This document shows, piece by piece, positions 21,926 to 33,768 of a stretch of DNA of 64,000 nucleotides. The notes beneath the pieces were generated by a model. That model saw only the letters and a program-made list of their open reading frames with translations. It made no database searches and was not told where the DNA came from. Numbering within the stretch: position 1 is the first letter of the stretch; each line of letters opens with the position of its first letter. The translations under genes and the position numbers were made by a program. Where the stretch lies: contig CDRNVI010000023.1 in assembly GCA_977017575.1 (NCBI GenBank), positions 186,001 through 250,000 of the forward strand. Reading direction: 5' to 3'. This DNA comes from Paramoeba atlantica. Its lineage: Eukaryota; Protista; Discosea.

Positions 21926-22582
21926 GAGAAAGGGGATAGAGAGGGGGGAATAGAGTATAGGGTGTGGTAGGGTAGGCTGCGGTGTGTGTTGGGTAATCAT
22001 ACCAACCATATGGGGGGGTAGGGTTTGGAGAGAGGAGGGAAGATTGGTGGGGAGTGAAAGAAAGGAGGGGATACGTGAAATTGAGGGTTGGAAATTTCAT
22101 GGGAAAATGGATAGAGAGTGTATACAGTACTTGTCCGATGGAATGGTGGGTGCTCTTCCTGGGGAGGTTTCACATGTCTTGCGAGAAGAAGGACATCTAC
22201 AGGGTTGTGTTAGTTTCTATCTCCCGATGTCCGTAAGGTTATTCCGTGTTACGTTGTGGTGGATCGTAAAGCAGCACCAAAAATCGTGATTTGCAGGCCG
22301 ATATGGCGGTGCACTCTGCCGGACCGAATTCAGGATATTCGGAATTTATAAGAACCACTGTAAATTCTTAAAATTCTATTGTAGAAATATAGACGTCCAG
22401 CGTAGCAGCTATCATGTTCTTAAAAAACTCTAAGAAAATAATGACGAATAAAATGCTTCTTTTCGGAACATCATTCGGCAGAATACTTCTTTTCAATGAT
22501 TCTTTTTTTTCGGAACGTCGTCCTTTGAACATTCGTTTAATAATAAATTATCTCACAAAACAAATTGATTTTCTTGTTGTAA

Positions 22583-23218
22583 ATGTCGCGCCCAAACCTG
22601 AATTTATTATTATACATGTATGTAGGAGCCTCGGATGAAATCAAAGTTCCTTCTCGTCTGGGTCGATTGAAAGCAGAACGCCCTCCAGAGTATGAATTAG
22701 CACTACTGACTCAGAACCTCGCAGAAAAGCACCACTCATGGGACACGAAGAAACCCGCTCACGAGTGGGAAGGTGTCACTTGTGATGAGCATGGCCAAGT
22801 GGTGCGAATTTGGTGGGCATTTCGCGGACTACGCAACACTCTGGGGTGGGAGCATTTTCCATCAACATTAGTTGAGTTTGGAGTAGAACCAAACAGACTC
22901 TGCGGAGCCGTATCTTGGGGAAGTCTCTCATCCAGTCTCGTGCATTTTTTATTACAAAATAATAATTTTTCAGGAAAAATCGACCTATAAGTTTTACCGC
23001 AAAGTTTAGAAAGGATTATTTTAAGCGAGAATTGTTTTGAAGGCGAAGTGACCTTTCATAAACTTCCATCCACTTTGTCTCATTTGGTGTTAAATTTGAA
23101 CCAAAATCTGTATGGTGAACTGGATATTTTCAAATTGCCGTCTATCCTTGGTTACCACGTTGGTGCGACGAAAATTAAGGTACTCAATGGTGGGGCATTC
23201 CGTGCCTACCGGTCCTGA
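22583..23218 (+). pseudogene. LRR family gene with a single in-frame TAA (22988-22990)
   Basis: HSWDTKKPAHEWEGVTC cap; LRRs continue in frame after the stop (VLPQSLERIILSENCFEG). Confidence 0.85.
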
Positions 23219-23608
23219 ACCACAACCGAACGCACAAAGTTGCACACAGGGTAGAAACAAAGTCTCTCTTTTTTATTACCTTTGCACCTCCACTTTTTCT
23301 AATTCGCCAACTAATGTACATTAGCCTATTGTACATTAGCATTTTAAAAGTGCTATGTAAACTAAAATGCTTTTATAAACAAAAAATTTTACCAGAGACT
23401 ATAGAAGAACAGCTCGAAGCGTTTAGAATGTTCGCATCTACGTAACGTGTATAATGGACACGCTAATCTGTACATTGTCCTTGTACTCTATCTTCTTATT
23501 GGCAAAATATTGAATTGGAAGTCTGAGAAAATCTTTGGATAAGGGGATTAAGAATTTATCTTAACCTAGACATGCAGAATAAAATAAAGTTCTCCGAAAG
23601 CTCTTTTT

Positions 23609-24289
23609 GTGCAACTATTTTTTAGAAAACATGCAAAGCAAAATACGATGATCTCACGTGCCTTTTTACGTACTTCTGACACAGTTTCACGTTCTGCCAA
23701 AGTAGGGCGCATATTGGTTCCCCAGGAGTATAATTTAGAGCGATTTTTTGCAAACATTTCGAACCCTCATTGCTCGTGGACGACGAACACAACCGCCTGT
23801 GAATGGAAAGGCATACAGTGTGATACGAATGGAAATGTTAATCGCATAGAATTAGGAGTATCACCAATAATTTCATTTTTGACCGGCGAGAAGGATGAAT
23901 ATTACGGGACATTTACGTGGAGGTACATGCCTGATACGACATTGCACCTTGCTGTGGGCGAACTAAAGGGGATCAGCGGCGTATTGTCCATCGCAGACCT
24001 CGCGCCTAGTTTGTATTCTATTTTTATCACAAATTGTGCCCTTTACGGTTCCGTGGACTTGACGGTGCTTCCGCAGAAGTTGACGTGTTTGAGTCTCGAT
24101 GGGAATCGATTTTCCGGTGCACTGGATCTTACATCATTGCCCCAAGAGCTAATAATTTTGTGCTTACAGAGGAACTGTTTTGAAGGTGAAGTAAACCTTT
24201 CGAAACTTCCTGCTACATTAACTACTCTCGATTTGAGATCAAATTATATTCACATAGCATCAGTTATTCCGTCTTTCGTTTTCCTATGA
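23609..24289 (+). CDS. LRR family protein (first ATG 23648)
   Basis: VPQEYNL...SWTTNTTACEWKGIQC; LPQKLTCLSLDGNRFSG. Confidence 0.9.
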   Translation: MQLFFRKHAKQNTMISRAFLRTSDTVSRSAKVGRILVPQEYNLERFFANISNPHCSWTTNTTACEWKGIQCDTNGNVNRIELGVSPIISFLTGEKDEYYGTFTWRYMPDTTLHLAVGELKGISGVLSIADLAPSLYSIFITNCALYGSVDLTVLPQKLTCLSLDGNRFSGALDLTSLPQELIILCLQRNCFEGEVNLSKLPATLTTLDLRSNYIHIASVIPSFVFL

Positions 24290-24656
24290 TACGTGCATGT
24301 ACATGTACTTATGGTACGATACATACAGTATAAATTTATTTATGTACATGTGTTGCTTTTTCTGTAAAAGAAAGCAACACATTTTTCTCTCTTCAGAAGA
24401 AATTTTTCTTTAAAAGCAAAGTCGGTACTCAAAAACGAATTTTCTGACTGACACTGACTGACCGGCTATCATGAACTCACACGGATTAGCACTGACGGAT
24501 TGCGTAGTATCCATTGTACGGTTATACAGTATTCTTTCTCCTTACATTTCTATAATTTTTGGCGACAAATATTGAAGCTTATCTTACTTATGTCGTGCTG
24601 ATTTTGAATATTACAGTTCTTATCTTTCAAACGAAATCTTCAATACGCGGTTCTAA

Positions 24657-25268
24657 ATGGATGTTTCACGTGCCGGAAAAGTGCACAGTGTGGTGATTCC
24701 TCAAGAATATGTTTTGATGCAACTGCTTGAGAATGTGACGTACAAAGAATCAACCTGGAACGCGAATACTCCAGCGTGTCGATGGAAACATGTTTCGTGC
24801 AATCATGAGCAGCAAATTTCCGTCCTAGACTGGGGGCACAACGGAGTATACTCTTACCAAAGTCCGGAGTTGCAGGGCAGTTTTATGTGGCGCTATTTAC
24901 CATACTCACTTCGAGTATTTCGTGCTTTTCGTCAAAGATTGTGTGGCACTTTATCGTTGTGCGAGCTTCCTTATCGTCTTCGTGTTTTCGAGATAGACGA
25001 GAACCGTCACTACGGAGTGCTGGATCTGACTTCACTGCCTCAGGCCATGGAATGCTTGCACTTACGTGCCAACCAGTTTGAGGGTAATGTTGTGCTTACA
25101 GCTCTTCCTGCAAAATTACTCGCCCTTGATTTGTCACAGAATCAATTTACGGGAAGTGTTGATCTCTCCGCCTTGCCCCGTGTGGTACAGCGCTTGAACC
25201 TTTCTGGAAACAAATTACATCTCACCCCTTGGATAGGAAAGTGTCCACCTGAAATCAAATTAGAGTGA
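24657..25268 (+). CDS. LRR family protein
   Basis: IPQEYVL...TWNANTPACRWKHVSC; LPQAMECLHLRANQFEG. Confidence 0.9.
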   Translation: MDVSRAGKVHSVVIPQEYVLMQLLENVTYKESTWNANTPACRWKHVSCNHEQQISVLDWGHNGVYSYQSPELQGSFMWRYLPYSLRVFRAFRQRLCGTLSLCELPYRLRVFEIDENRHYGVLDLTSLPQAMECLHLRANQFEGNVVLTALPAKLLALDLSQNQFTGSVDLSALPRVVQRLNLSGNKLHLTPWIGKCPPEIKLE

Positions 25269-25345
25269 GAACGGCATGGAATTCGCAAGGCTTTGTTTCT
25301 CTTTTTATCAACTGGTAAGGGGCATTAAGCGTCGTCCTGTTTTTT

Positions 25346-26008
25346 GTGCTTTACGACAGTTACCGATGACCGTATAAAAAATTAACAGTGGAACCTACTC
25401 TACGACTCACATGGTCATTCGTACATTTAAAACGAGAAACTAAACTTTACGGGCAATGTTAACTTATATTGTATCAAAAAAATGTCGATTTCTATTTTTT
25501 GGTATCTAGATTTTAGGTGCCTTGGTTCCTTATTTTTTCTTGTTTTTTCTGGCATGTGTATTTGTTTTGATCTCAGCTGCGTACTCAGATGGAGACATGC
25601 TGGGGACAATCCGTAGGACTTTGCGCCTTCCTTAAAAAATCACCAAATAGTTCTGGACGAACCTTTCCCTAATGATAACACACCAGGTATACCACACAAA
25701 GGAAATGAGTCATTCTTCGTACGTCGCAGAAGGACTGAATACACAAAGTTTTGAAAGGGACTGCGCAGTTAGGCTCTCTATTTTTCGGATGTACAAGAGG
25801 AAAAGAGGATATTATTTCGAAGACTGGTCCAAAGAAAATATTTTTGATAGAGTTCAACTTGTCCAAACTTCCACGAATAAAAATGCGATGGGCAATACGT
25901 TCAGTGCTTTACGTCAGTTGCCGATGACCTTATAAAAAATTATCAGTGGAACCTACTCAACGACTCACATGGTCATTCGTACTTTTAAAACGAGAAACTA
26001 AACTTTAC
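25346..26008. repeat. ~105 bp direct repeats (25346-25450, 25904-26008) enclosing a piece of the hAT C-terminal family
   Basis: Shared text GTGCTTTACG...AACGAGAAACTAAACTTTAC; 25855-25900 matches 33808-33850 (HRIFIRGxLDKL). Confidence 0.7.
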
Positions 26009-26195
26009 CGTGCCCTAAGAGGAACGTAATTCGAAATTTGTATGATTTGCTCTACATTCATTTATTTTTACAGTGGTACCATCTCTCGCACTACTCTTGA
26101 TTAATTAAAAGGAAGTGGGTAAAAGGTAACAAAAAAAGAAGGATCCTTAAAAAATAAACTCATTTCGCCCATTCCAACTTCAAAGCCAATATATA

Positions 26196-27254
26196 CAGTG
26201 GTGATCAGCCTCTTTTACCCCCCTACAGGTCTTGTATTTTATCCTATTTTGGAAATATTTGATATGGGACTGTTTTTCGACCCAATCGTTCCGAATCCGA
26301 GGTCCTTTTCACTCGTGGATACCTGTATCATGCCTAAGCTTAAAAAAAGTGCAAAAAGACCGATGTTTTTTACAGAGTAGATTTTTTTCAAAATTAACAG
26401 CTTTTTTTGGTGATTCATGACGAAGAGGCACCGCCTCCTGTGTTTACCTTCCTCCCGCGTGCGCTCCGAGATGCGTACGGCACTCGTAATCGATTACGAG
26501 CGACTTAAGTACTATAAGGCAGTCGCAAAACTCCATAAACTTGCCCCCAGGACTGTAAAGTATTGGGTGCGGAAGTATGAGGATCACGGACACGTCAGTA
26601 CTCCACCTCGGTAGTGGGTGTGCATGGTCCTTACACAAAGGTACGTTGAAGCATGAGTTTCTGCGTGCCAGAGAGTGTCGCAGGATACCGTGGAGGGTTG
26701 TCCTACGTTCTCCGTTGTGCATCACGAGGTGCGAAGCGAGCACGGAGGCTCCCTGAGTAGTGTCCGGAGGGCTCTTAATTTTAAGGGCTATGGGCGCCTT
26801 CGCAAGGCCAAAGACCTTGGTCTCAAACCGCGTCACATACAACTCCGTCTTAAGTGTGAAGGACACGCTTAAGTGGAGTGACGCTGACTACCTGAACATT
26901 GTTTTTACCGATGAAAAACTGTTCAGTTGCTGTGCGGGGTCAAACGCCGACTTTTACGTCGGTCGCACGCAAGCACCTCGTCTGAGGCAATCGGACCGGC
27001 CGGGAAAACATCTTGGGGGGAAGGGGATAATGGTGAGGATGGGGTATTCCTTTAACTTTGGTCTGTTCTTCTTCGTCTTCGAGAGAGAACAGCGTGCCTC
27101 TGTTAACTCCGAACAGATTTTGTTGGCTTACGACGAGAGTGGCATGGCAAGTTTTTTTCGTTCGCACCGGAAGGCCATCCTTCAAATGGACAACGCCCCC
27201 ACCCATTCGATTGTTAAAAAAAAGTATCTGAAACGTAGTAGTATCTGTCGCATA
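26196..27254 (+). mobile_element. Decayed Tc1-like element truncated by a MITE
   Basis: TA-CAGTGGTGATCA start; IVFTDEKLF and ILQMDNAPTH in frameshifted ORFs. Confidence 0.75.
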
Positions 27255-27996
27255 CAGGGGTGTAAATTTGGACGTGGGGGGGTCTAAAGTTTGTAAAACT
27301 TGGCCAATTTTGGAAAATTATAGCGCATTCGAGAGCTCTCGAACTGGGCTCATGAACGTGCATGTACGGCATCTGCGTTAATTAGAATTTCGAGTGCACG
27401 TAAAAAAAAATTAGTTTTTTGGGAGGTAAAATTTTGCATTTTTCACAGTTTTTCTGATTTCTCCCCTGATTAATGCTACAAAGATGGGGTTGTGGGCCAT
27501 CACCCGAACACAAAGACTACGAAAGGGTTTATTCTTCGCCTGGGCACGTAAAAGCAAGCTGGTGCATGGTTCTTGTTGCGGATTACGAAACAACACAATC
27601 TTTTTCGCGCTAAAAAATCATGTTCCATAGTGGGCGACTCCAAAAATGGTTGAGCCCCTCGGAATAGTGCAGATTTGATCATTGCGATCGAAGCAGCGTT
27701 TCAAGGCCCATGAAAATGCCATGAAGAGCTTTCGAAAGCGATGCTGTATTGTGATTGGGATTAATCGACGATAATAGCAATTATAATTTTTTTTTTCGAT
27801 ATTTGCTATTGTTTTAGAAAGTTGCAAATAGCTTTTGGGGGCGCTTTGTCTAGGGGGCAATACCCCCTTGTGCATAGTTCGGCCTTGTTACGTTCATGAG
27901 CCCTGTTCGGGAGCTCTCGAATGCGCTATTATTTTCCAAAATTGGCTAAGTTTTACAAATTTTAGACCCCCCCCCACATCCAAATTTACACCCCTG
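27255..27996. mobile_element. Tc1-like non-autonomous element, ~100 bp TIRs
   Basis: TA-CAGGGGTGTAAATTTGGA...TCCAAATTTACACCCCTG-TA; inner GAGAGCTCTC motif. Confidence 0.85.
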
Positions 27997-28000
27997 TATA

Positions 28001-28195
28001 TTTCCCCGCTATCACTGTCATTAACGGAACGAAACTGGCAATCAAAGTCGAATAAAGTCAATCAAACCCGAGCTATGTAAGTGTCGTATACATTTCCCCG
28101 CTACCACTGTCATTAACGGAACGAAACTGGCAATCAAAGTCGAATAAAGTCAACCCGAGCTGGCAATCAAAGTCGAATAAAGTCAACCCGAGCTG
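28001..28195. repeat. Nested tandem repeats (~92 bp duplication plus 33 bp units)
   Basis: CTGGCAATCAAAGTCGAATAAAGTCAA occurs three times. Confidence 0.85.
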
Positions 28196-28515
28196 AACTG
28201 ATCTCCGAAATTGTTTTCCTAAGTGAAAATTACGACATACATGATTATATGCTCTTATTAGTTGTAAGACGTAACTTACAAGCCACTTACCCCAGGGTGT
28301 GTACATGGCAAACACCGTGTTTTTTTCCGAAGAGTTTTTTATTTCTGGAGTTCGAGGAAGTGTTTCTTCCATACTTCATTGTATGGCCCTCATTGTACGT
28401 ATGATCACATACTTTGAAGGAGAAAGCTAATGTCACGCTTTCTCAATAAACTACCTACTAGTTCCAATGGTATTTCAACAGCTATAAAACAATTCTTTTT
28501 TTAATTGCAGCCACA

Positions 28516-29484
28516 ATGTTCAATCTGATACTGGTTTGTTTTATTTTTGCAGTAGACGATTCTCCGCAGCCACCTCCGCAAAAGCGTCGAAAATTCGGTA
28601 GCAAAGTTAGCTCGGTTACAATGTCCGAAACTGACATGATGCGTCGGCTCATCCAGTATGTCGAGGGCCAGCCTCCAACATGGAAAAAGCGAGCTTCCGC
28701 ATGTTCTTGGAAAGGAGTGAAGTGTAACCGTGAGTCACAAGTCACACACCTTCAGTGGAAGCGCTTGGGTCTCTCTGGAAATCTCACATGGCAATTTCTG
28801 CCTCCACATGTAGTAGAGGTTAACGTACAACGTGATATGTTCAGGGACCCGACAAAACTGGAAGGGACATTATCCTCCACCGATTTGACCGCCCTAATGG
28901 AGTACTTTAATGTTGAAGCGCATCACCATCACGGAGTATTCGGATTCACAACACTTCCAGCACCGATGGAAACTCTCATTCTATCAACGAACCGATTGGA
29001 GGGTCCCGTCGATCTCACTCAGCTACCTCCTAATATGGAACAAATTCATGCTGACCGCAATTTATTCGAGGGCACGATAGACCTTTCAGCATTACCTGCA
29101 ACAATGCGTCAGCTTTCGCTGAATTTTAATCAATTAAGTGGTACGCTTGATCTTGTACACCTTCCGTGTACAATGCACAGGCTTTACCTCGGACACAACA
29201 AGTTTGAAGGGAAACTGGATGTCTCTTCACTTCCCTCAAGGCTAGAAAGTCTTAATGTTTCGAATAATGAACTCGAGGGAGATGTGGACTTAACAGCGTC
29301 AGGTTTAGATGAAAAATACATTTATCTGAAGGGCAACGCCATTGAGGCTGTGATCTACGAAAAAGGGGATTCTAGAAGCCGTCATGAAATGGACAGTTCT
29401 GTAACCAGATATACCCCAGAAAGCTACGCACTTAAAAAGACGAAAATTTCACATAAATCCGAAAGCGATGGACAGTTAACGTGA
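28516..29484 (+). CDS. LRR protein, paralog 1 of a near-identical triplet
   Basis: 322 aa; WKKRASACSWKGVKC cap and about six LRRs. Confidence 0.92.
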   Translation: MFNLILVCFIFAVDDSPQPPPQKRRKFGSKVSSVTMSETDMMRRLIQYVEGQPPTWKKRASACSWKGVKCNRESQVTHLQWKRLGLSGNLTWQFLPPHVVEVNVQRDMFRDPTKLEGTLSSTDLTALMEYFNVEAHHHHGVFGFTTLPAPMETLILSTNRLEGPVDLTQLPPNMEQIHADRNLFEGTIDLSALPATMRQLSLNFNQLSGTLDLVHLPCTMHRLYLGHNKFEGKLDVSSLPSRLESLNVSNNELEGDVDLTASGLDEKYIYLKGNAIEAVIYEKGDSRSRHEMDSSVTRYTPESYALKKTKISHKSESDGQLT

Positions 29485-29688
29485 CTACGTTTCTCGTAGT
29501 AGGCCTTCAACCTTCTTATATTTTGTAAAATAATATGAATTATTTGATTGCGTATCCGGGCGAAGTGTTCATGAGGTAGGAAGTGAACATTCAGCAAGTG
29601 CATCGGTGGAAGGCAAGAACACTGAAGAAATATTGCTATAAAATAAGTATACTCGCAAGTACAGTATAGTGTAAGTAGTAAGTAAGTA

Positions 29689-30298
29689 CTGTACCACCCC
29701 TGGTTATCTGTCACCCCCCCACCCCCCCCTATTTACCTCCCCCCCTGTCGCTTTTCGGCACTTCGAATATTTTTTTTTCGTCGACCACCACCCCTAGTTA
29801 TCTGTCGCTTTTTTTCAAAAAAAAATGAAGAAGTTAAAAAGTTAAGTATGAGCGAAACTTCTATGTCTTTTTCTGTTCTGTTTTTAGGCAAATAGTCTTG
29901 CGTGGAGTTCTACCATAGAAAATGGAAAGCAGGAGTCGGAGCTCGTTAGCTTCGTCATCTCCATCGCCCCCCTCCTCATCCCCATCATTGTCCCCTTCGT
30001 TATCCACTCCATCATCCCCTTCAGCATTCCCTTCATCATCCGCTTCACTCCCTGGGCTTCTTTTAACCCGTAGACGCATGTCTTCAGCTTACAGTACCCC
30101 ACTGGGGTAGAAAGGAATCTTCCTAGGCAATAAAGATACCGTTTCTGTAACATTTCGTTCCCTCGCTTTTTTGGTGACGGACCCCCCTAGATATCTGTCG
30201 CACTTTGACCCCCCTAGTTATCTGTCGCACCCCTACCCCCCCTAGTTATCTGTCACCTTTTCTCGAAAAGTAGCGACAGATAACTAGGGGGGGTACAG
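29689..30298. mobile_element. pogo-like MITE with repeated subterminal CCCCTAGTTATCTGTC motifs
   Basis: TA-CTGTACCACCCCTGGTTATCTGTC / GACAGATAACTAGGGGGGGTACAG-TA. Confidence 0.85.
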
Positions 30299-30329
30299 TA
30301 CTAGGTAAAAAGAAATTTCAATACAGTAC

Positions 30330-31390
30330 AAATTTCGATGAGCGCTGATATTTTTTATGTAGTGATTCAGACTCCCCCTTTTAAACGCACCTTTAAGCGG
30401 GCTGCACTTAAACGGCGGAGAACAGATTTTTTTAACGAAGATACATCGGGGAGTGTAACAGTAATTCTATCAATACATCAGTCAGCGTATACTCTGTCTA
30501 GAAGACGAAGAATAGGTTACATTTTCTTTTGAAATATTTCGTTTTTGTGCCACCGTTTCTTTTTGCCCGACGAAGCAACGCAGATCCTTTTCTTTTCTAC
30601 TTTTATAGAAATTAAGTCATAAGTCGAACAATGTGTTCAAGAAAGGCGCCGTATACAATACGGCCGCGCAACATCACATCGGGTAACGCAAGTCACAATG
30701 TTGTAGGCTCCTAAGTAAAGGAAAAATGTCACTCAATGCTTTATAATGTACTGAATTTTACTGCGTTCCGCATTCCATCGTCCACGGCCGTGTGCGCATT
30801 GACCAGAGATGCCCCTTCCAGAAGCGCACATTCACAAGCAGGTTCTGAAAAGGGTTAAGAAAATCATCAGTCGCGATTGCCCGTTCCCTTTCTATGCCGA
30901 ATAATTTGAATGGATATGTCGCAGCTAGGACTTTTTTACCCGGACTCAACTTACACATTGGTAAAACATTATCCTATTGAGGGAGATACTACTTCCTCGC
31001 TACCCTATATTGCTAATCGAATTTCGCCCGACAAGACATTTTCCGGAAAAACAATTTCCGCAAAGAATCAAAGGCAACATAAACTGATATTTTTAAAAAA
31101 GAAAAATAAACTTTTGGAAGACTCGAGACCCCCTTCTTCGGAAGCGATTTACAAATTTCTATTCGCCTTTTTTCATCAGCTCACTTTTTCAACATGCTTT
31201 TTTCAGGCTAAAGTAGACGAGGGAGATACCAATAGTAGATGCGGCAGTTTCCCACTGGAAATTTTGTTGATTGTAACGGAAGATTTTGTGTTGATCCAGG
31301 AAAGCAGTCGTCTGTTATCCTTCGAGGAAAAAGAGACTCTGTAACGGCGGCTGAGACGGCTGGTGGGGCATAAGGTTACTCAAAATGTGG
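30330..31390 (-). repeat. Block duplicated at ~51820-52560; probably the 3' end of a hAT-like element
   Basis: Long near-identical text in both places; minus-strand PAVSAAVTESLF resembles the hAT dimerisation motif PASSAxxERxFS. Confidence 0.7.
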
Positions 31391-31406
31391 GGATCACAGT
31401 AATTTA

Positions 31407-31499
31407 TCTCTTCGTTAAACGCGGTGGTTGTTTTCAACGTAGAAGTCACTCATGCTGCGCGCTTCGCGTTGAAAACTACCTCCGCGTTTAACGAAGAGA
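31407..31499. repeat. Foldback: 33 bp arms (2 mismatches), 27 nt loop
   Basis: TCTCTTCGTTAAACGCGGTGGTTGTTTTCAACG vs CGTTGAAAACTACCTCCGCGTTTAACGAAGAGA. Confidence 0.85.
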
Positions 31500-32184
31500 C
31501 TAAAAAAGAAAAATTGGCCAGGGACGCTGAAGAAAACGGAAGGATTTGAGCCAAAAATAGCCGATTTTTAGGTAAAACTGGTGTGATTTTTGCGTGTTTT
31601 TGCTCTCAGAGCACTAAATTCGACGTTTGCGTGTGGAAAATCACTCGTAGGCATGCGTTCAAGAGTACGAAACGTATTGGGTAGAGAATACGACTACAAC
31701 CACGCCATTCTTCCGACCCAAAAAGACCCCTTTGGGCCCGAAAATTACTTTTTCGCATTTTTTAGTCAAAAAAATACCACGGCTTCACGAAGCGACATCT
31801 CACGAAAACAATGGCGTAGAAAGCGAGAATAAGTCCCAAACTATCAAAATACAGTAGGCGAAACAATTTTGGAATCTTTTTCAAGTTGAAAACTTTTTCA
31901 AAAAAGAAAATCCGAAAAAATCCGAAAAAAAAAGGTCCGAAATTGTCGGACCCGTCCTGCGGATACAAGGGGGGGACACCCCCGAGTAGGGGGGTGGAAA
32001 ATGCGCTCCAAGACCCCGGCTACCCCTTCTGCGCTTTTATTTCGAAAAATAATTTTTTCAAAAAAAAATCGTGCGGTATGCCCCCCCCTGGACCCCCCCC
32101 CTGGACCCCCTAAGGGTCCGAATTTTTTTGAAAATTTTTGGACCACGGGAGCCCCTTTAATATATTTTTCTTCTATTATATTAC

Positions 32185-32270
32185 TGTGTTCCTCTTTATA
32201 TTTTCACTGTTTTTGTTCACTTTTTTTCAATAATCGAGGGTAGAGCGGTACTTATACAACCACCGCAATT
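32185..32270. repeat. Dispersed ~80 bp repeat, probable transposon terminus (also ~8697-8770 and ~49283-49352 inverted, ~13000-13045)
   Basis: TTTTGTTCACTTTTTTTCAATAATCGAGGGTAGAGCGGTAxTTATACAACCACCGCAAT is shared. Confidence 0.7.
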
Positions 32271-33057
32271 GTCCGAAGTTGGTACCCGAAGTGCTTTTCT
32301 AAAAAGAATATAAAAAAGTAAAAATCAATTAGGTCCCACTACAAAACTTTTCTTCAGCTTCAATTTTGTGCGTATTAAAGGGGGGTAAGGGGGGATGCAT
32401 ATTGAAGAGGGGGGTCACAGTATAAATAAGAAACTAATTGCGTACACTGAAGATCAAAAGCTGCAAATTTCATGGATACATTTCTGTTTGATCGCCATCT
32501 GACTCACTTCTTATCAGAAGATCTAATTCATCTCTCTCAAACGAATCTTCCTCATAAGCACCGCTTGTCGGGTGAACTGAAGCAAATTTAGCCTTTTCAC
32601 GTTCAGAATTTTTCTTCATTTTTCGGGATGATTTTTTCCCCTTTTATAAACTAGTAGGTTCATTTTTAGATTTTTGGTGATTCTTTTATGCCTTGTCAAG
32701 GGTGTGTTAGGTTTTCTTGTCGGCGTGACCTCATATTAAACAAAGTAGCTCTTTAGACCGAGGAAATCGAATGGATCAAAAGTCATAAGCTGGTAGTCCT
32801 GAAAGTTTTGCGCTACAGAAAAGTACACAAGTCGCCCTAACACATGAAACCCATCTAATCTAATCTAATTTTGCACCCATTTGGCCTTGACAGGCTATGG
32901 GTCCTCTACCGTCCACGCGAGGGGGCTCGACGGCTCGGATGTTACTCCGATGCGTGTCCGGAATGCTGGTTTGAAGAGGAACGCCGATGATGTCATGCTA
33001 AGAATCTTGGAGAACTTACAGACTCATTGCATTCACCTTTAAGTATATTCATCTTAC

Positions 33058-33632
33058 AAAGATACAGTTTCTGTACCTTTTTGGTACATTTTCCTTTAGT
33101 TCATCTTTTCTTTCCCCGGCAGCGGGCATAGTCTTACTGTTATATGCCCGTTGCCGGCCGGCACTAAGGCCGAAACTGTCCCTCTTTCTCGGCGAAGTAG
33201 GGGACGCACTTCCACCCCATCACCCCTCCCCGGCTCACTCTTTGAGTGGGTTTTCTTCCCTCCCCGGCTTTCTTCCCTTCGCGCCCTTTCCTTCCCGGGG
33301 AGCCATGCGCCATGGTGGCCTCCCTTGAGCACCACTGGTCGTGGCTCTGCCTCGTCTTATCGCGAGGCAGCGGTCGGTTGCAGTGGGCCCCTCCGGCTGC
33401 GTAAAGAGGTGGTGAGTTGCCTGTACCACCTCTACCGACTGGGACCGAGTCGGTTGCAGTGCGCCCCTCCGGCTGCGTAAAGAGAGGGCGAGTTGCCTGG
33501 ACCACCTCTACCGACAGAGTCCGAGCTAAACCCCCTTGGTGCGACATCCGTCATTACGGATTGTGCCGATGATATCGGCTGTCGCATCAAGGGCTGTATC
33601 TCGGCGCCATGACGAGCGCATGAACATTAAAA
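33058..33632 (+). mobile_element. SL-headed SINE-like element, copy C
   Basis: AAAGATACAGTTTCTGTACCTTTTTG|GTAC head; colinear with copy A including the 76-nt tandem units and tail. Confidence 0.85.
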
Positions 33633-33768
33633 CTGGCGAAGCTATGTAAGAAAGTCTTAAGATATTGAAGAAAGAAATTAAGTTTAATTCATTGTACCAG
33701 TATAGAACTAGTATTGAAGGAGAGTAGCTTCGAAGTAGAGCTAGGATTCATATACGAAAAGCTTCTGT

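Noticed and set aside
21350-22100. Pro/Arg-rich ORFs overlapping the GC island, and similar overlapping ORFs over SINEs, TRAP1 and LRR genes
   Set aside because: These are shadow frames produced by GC richness or antisense codon bias.
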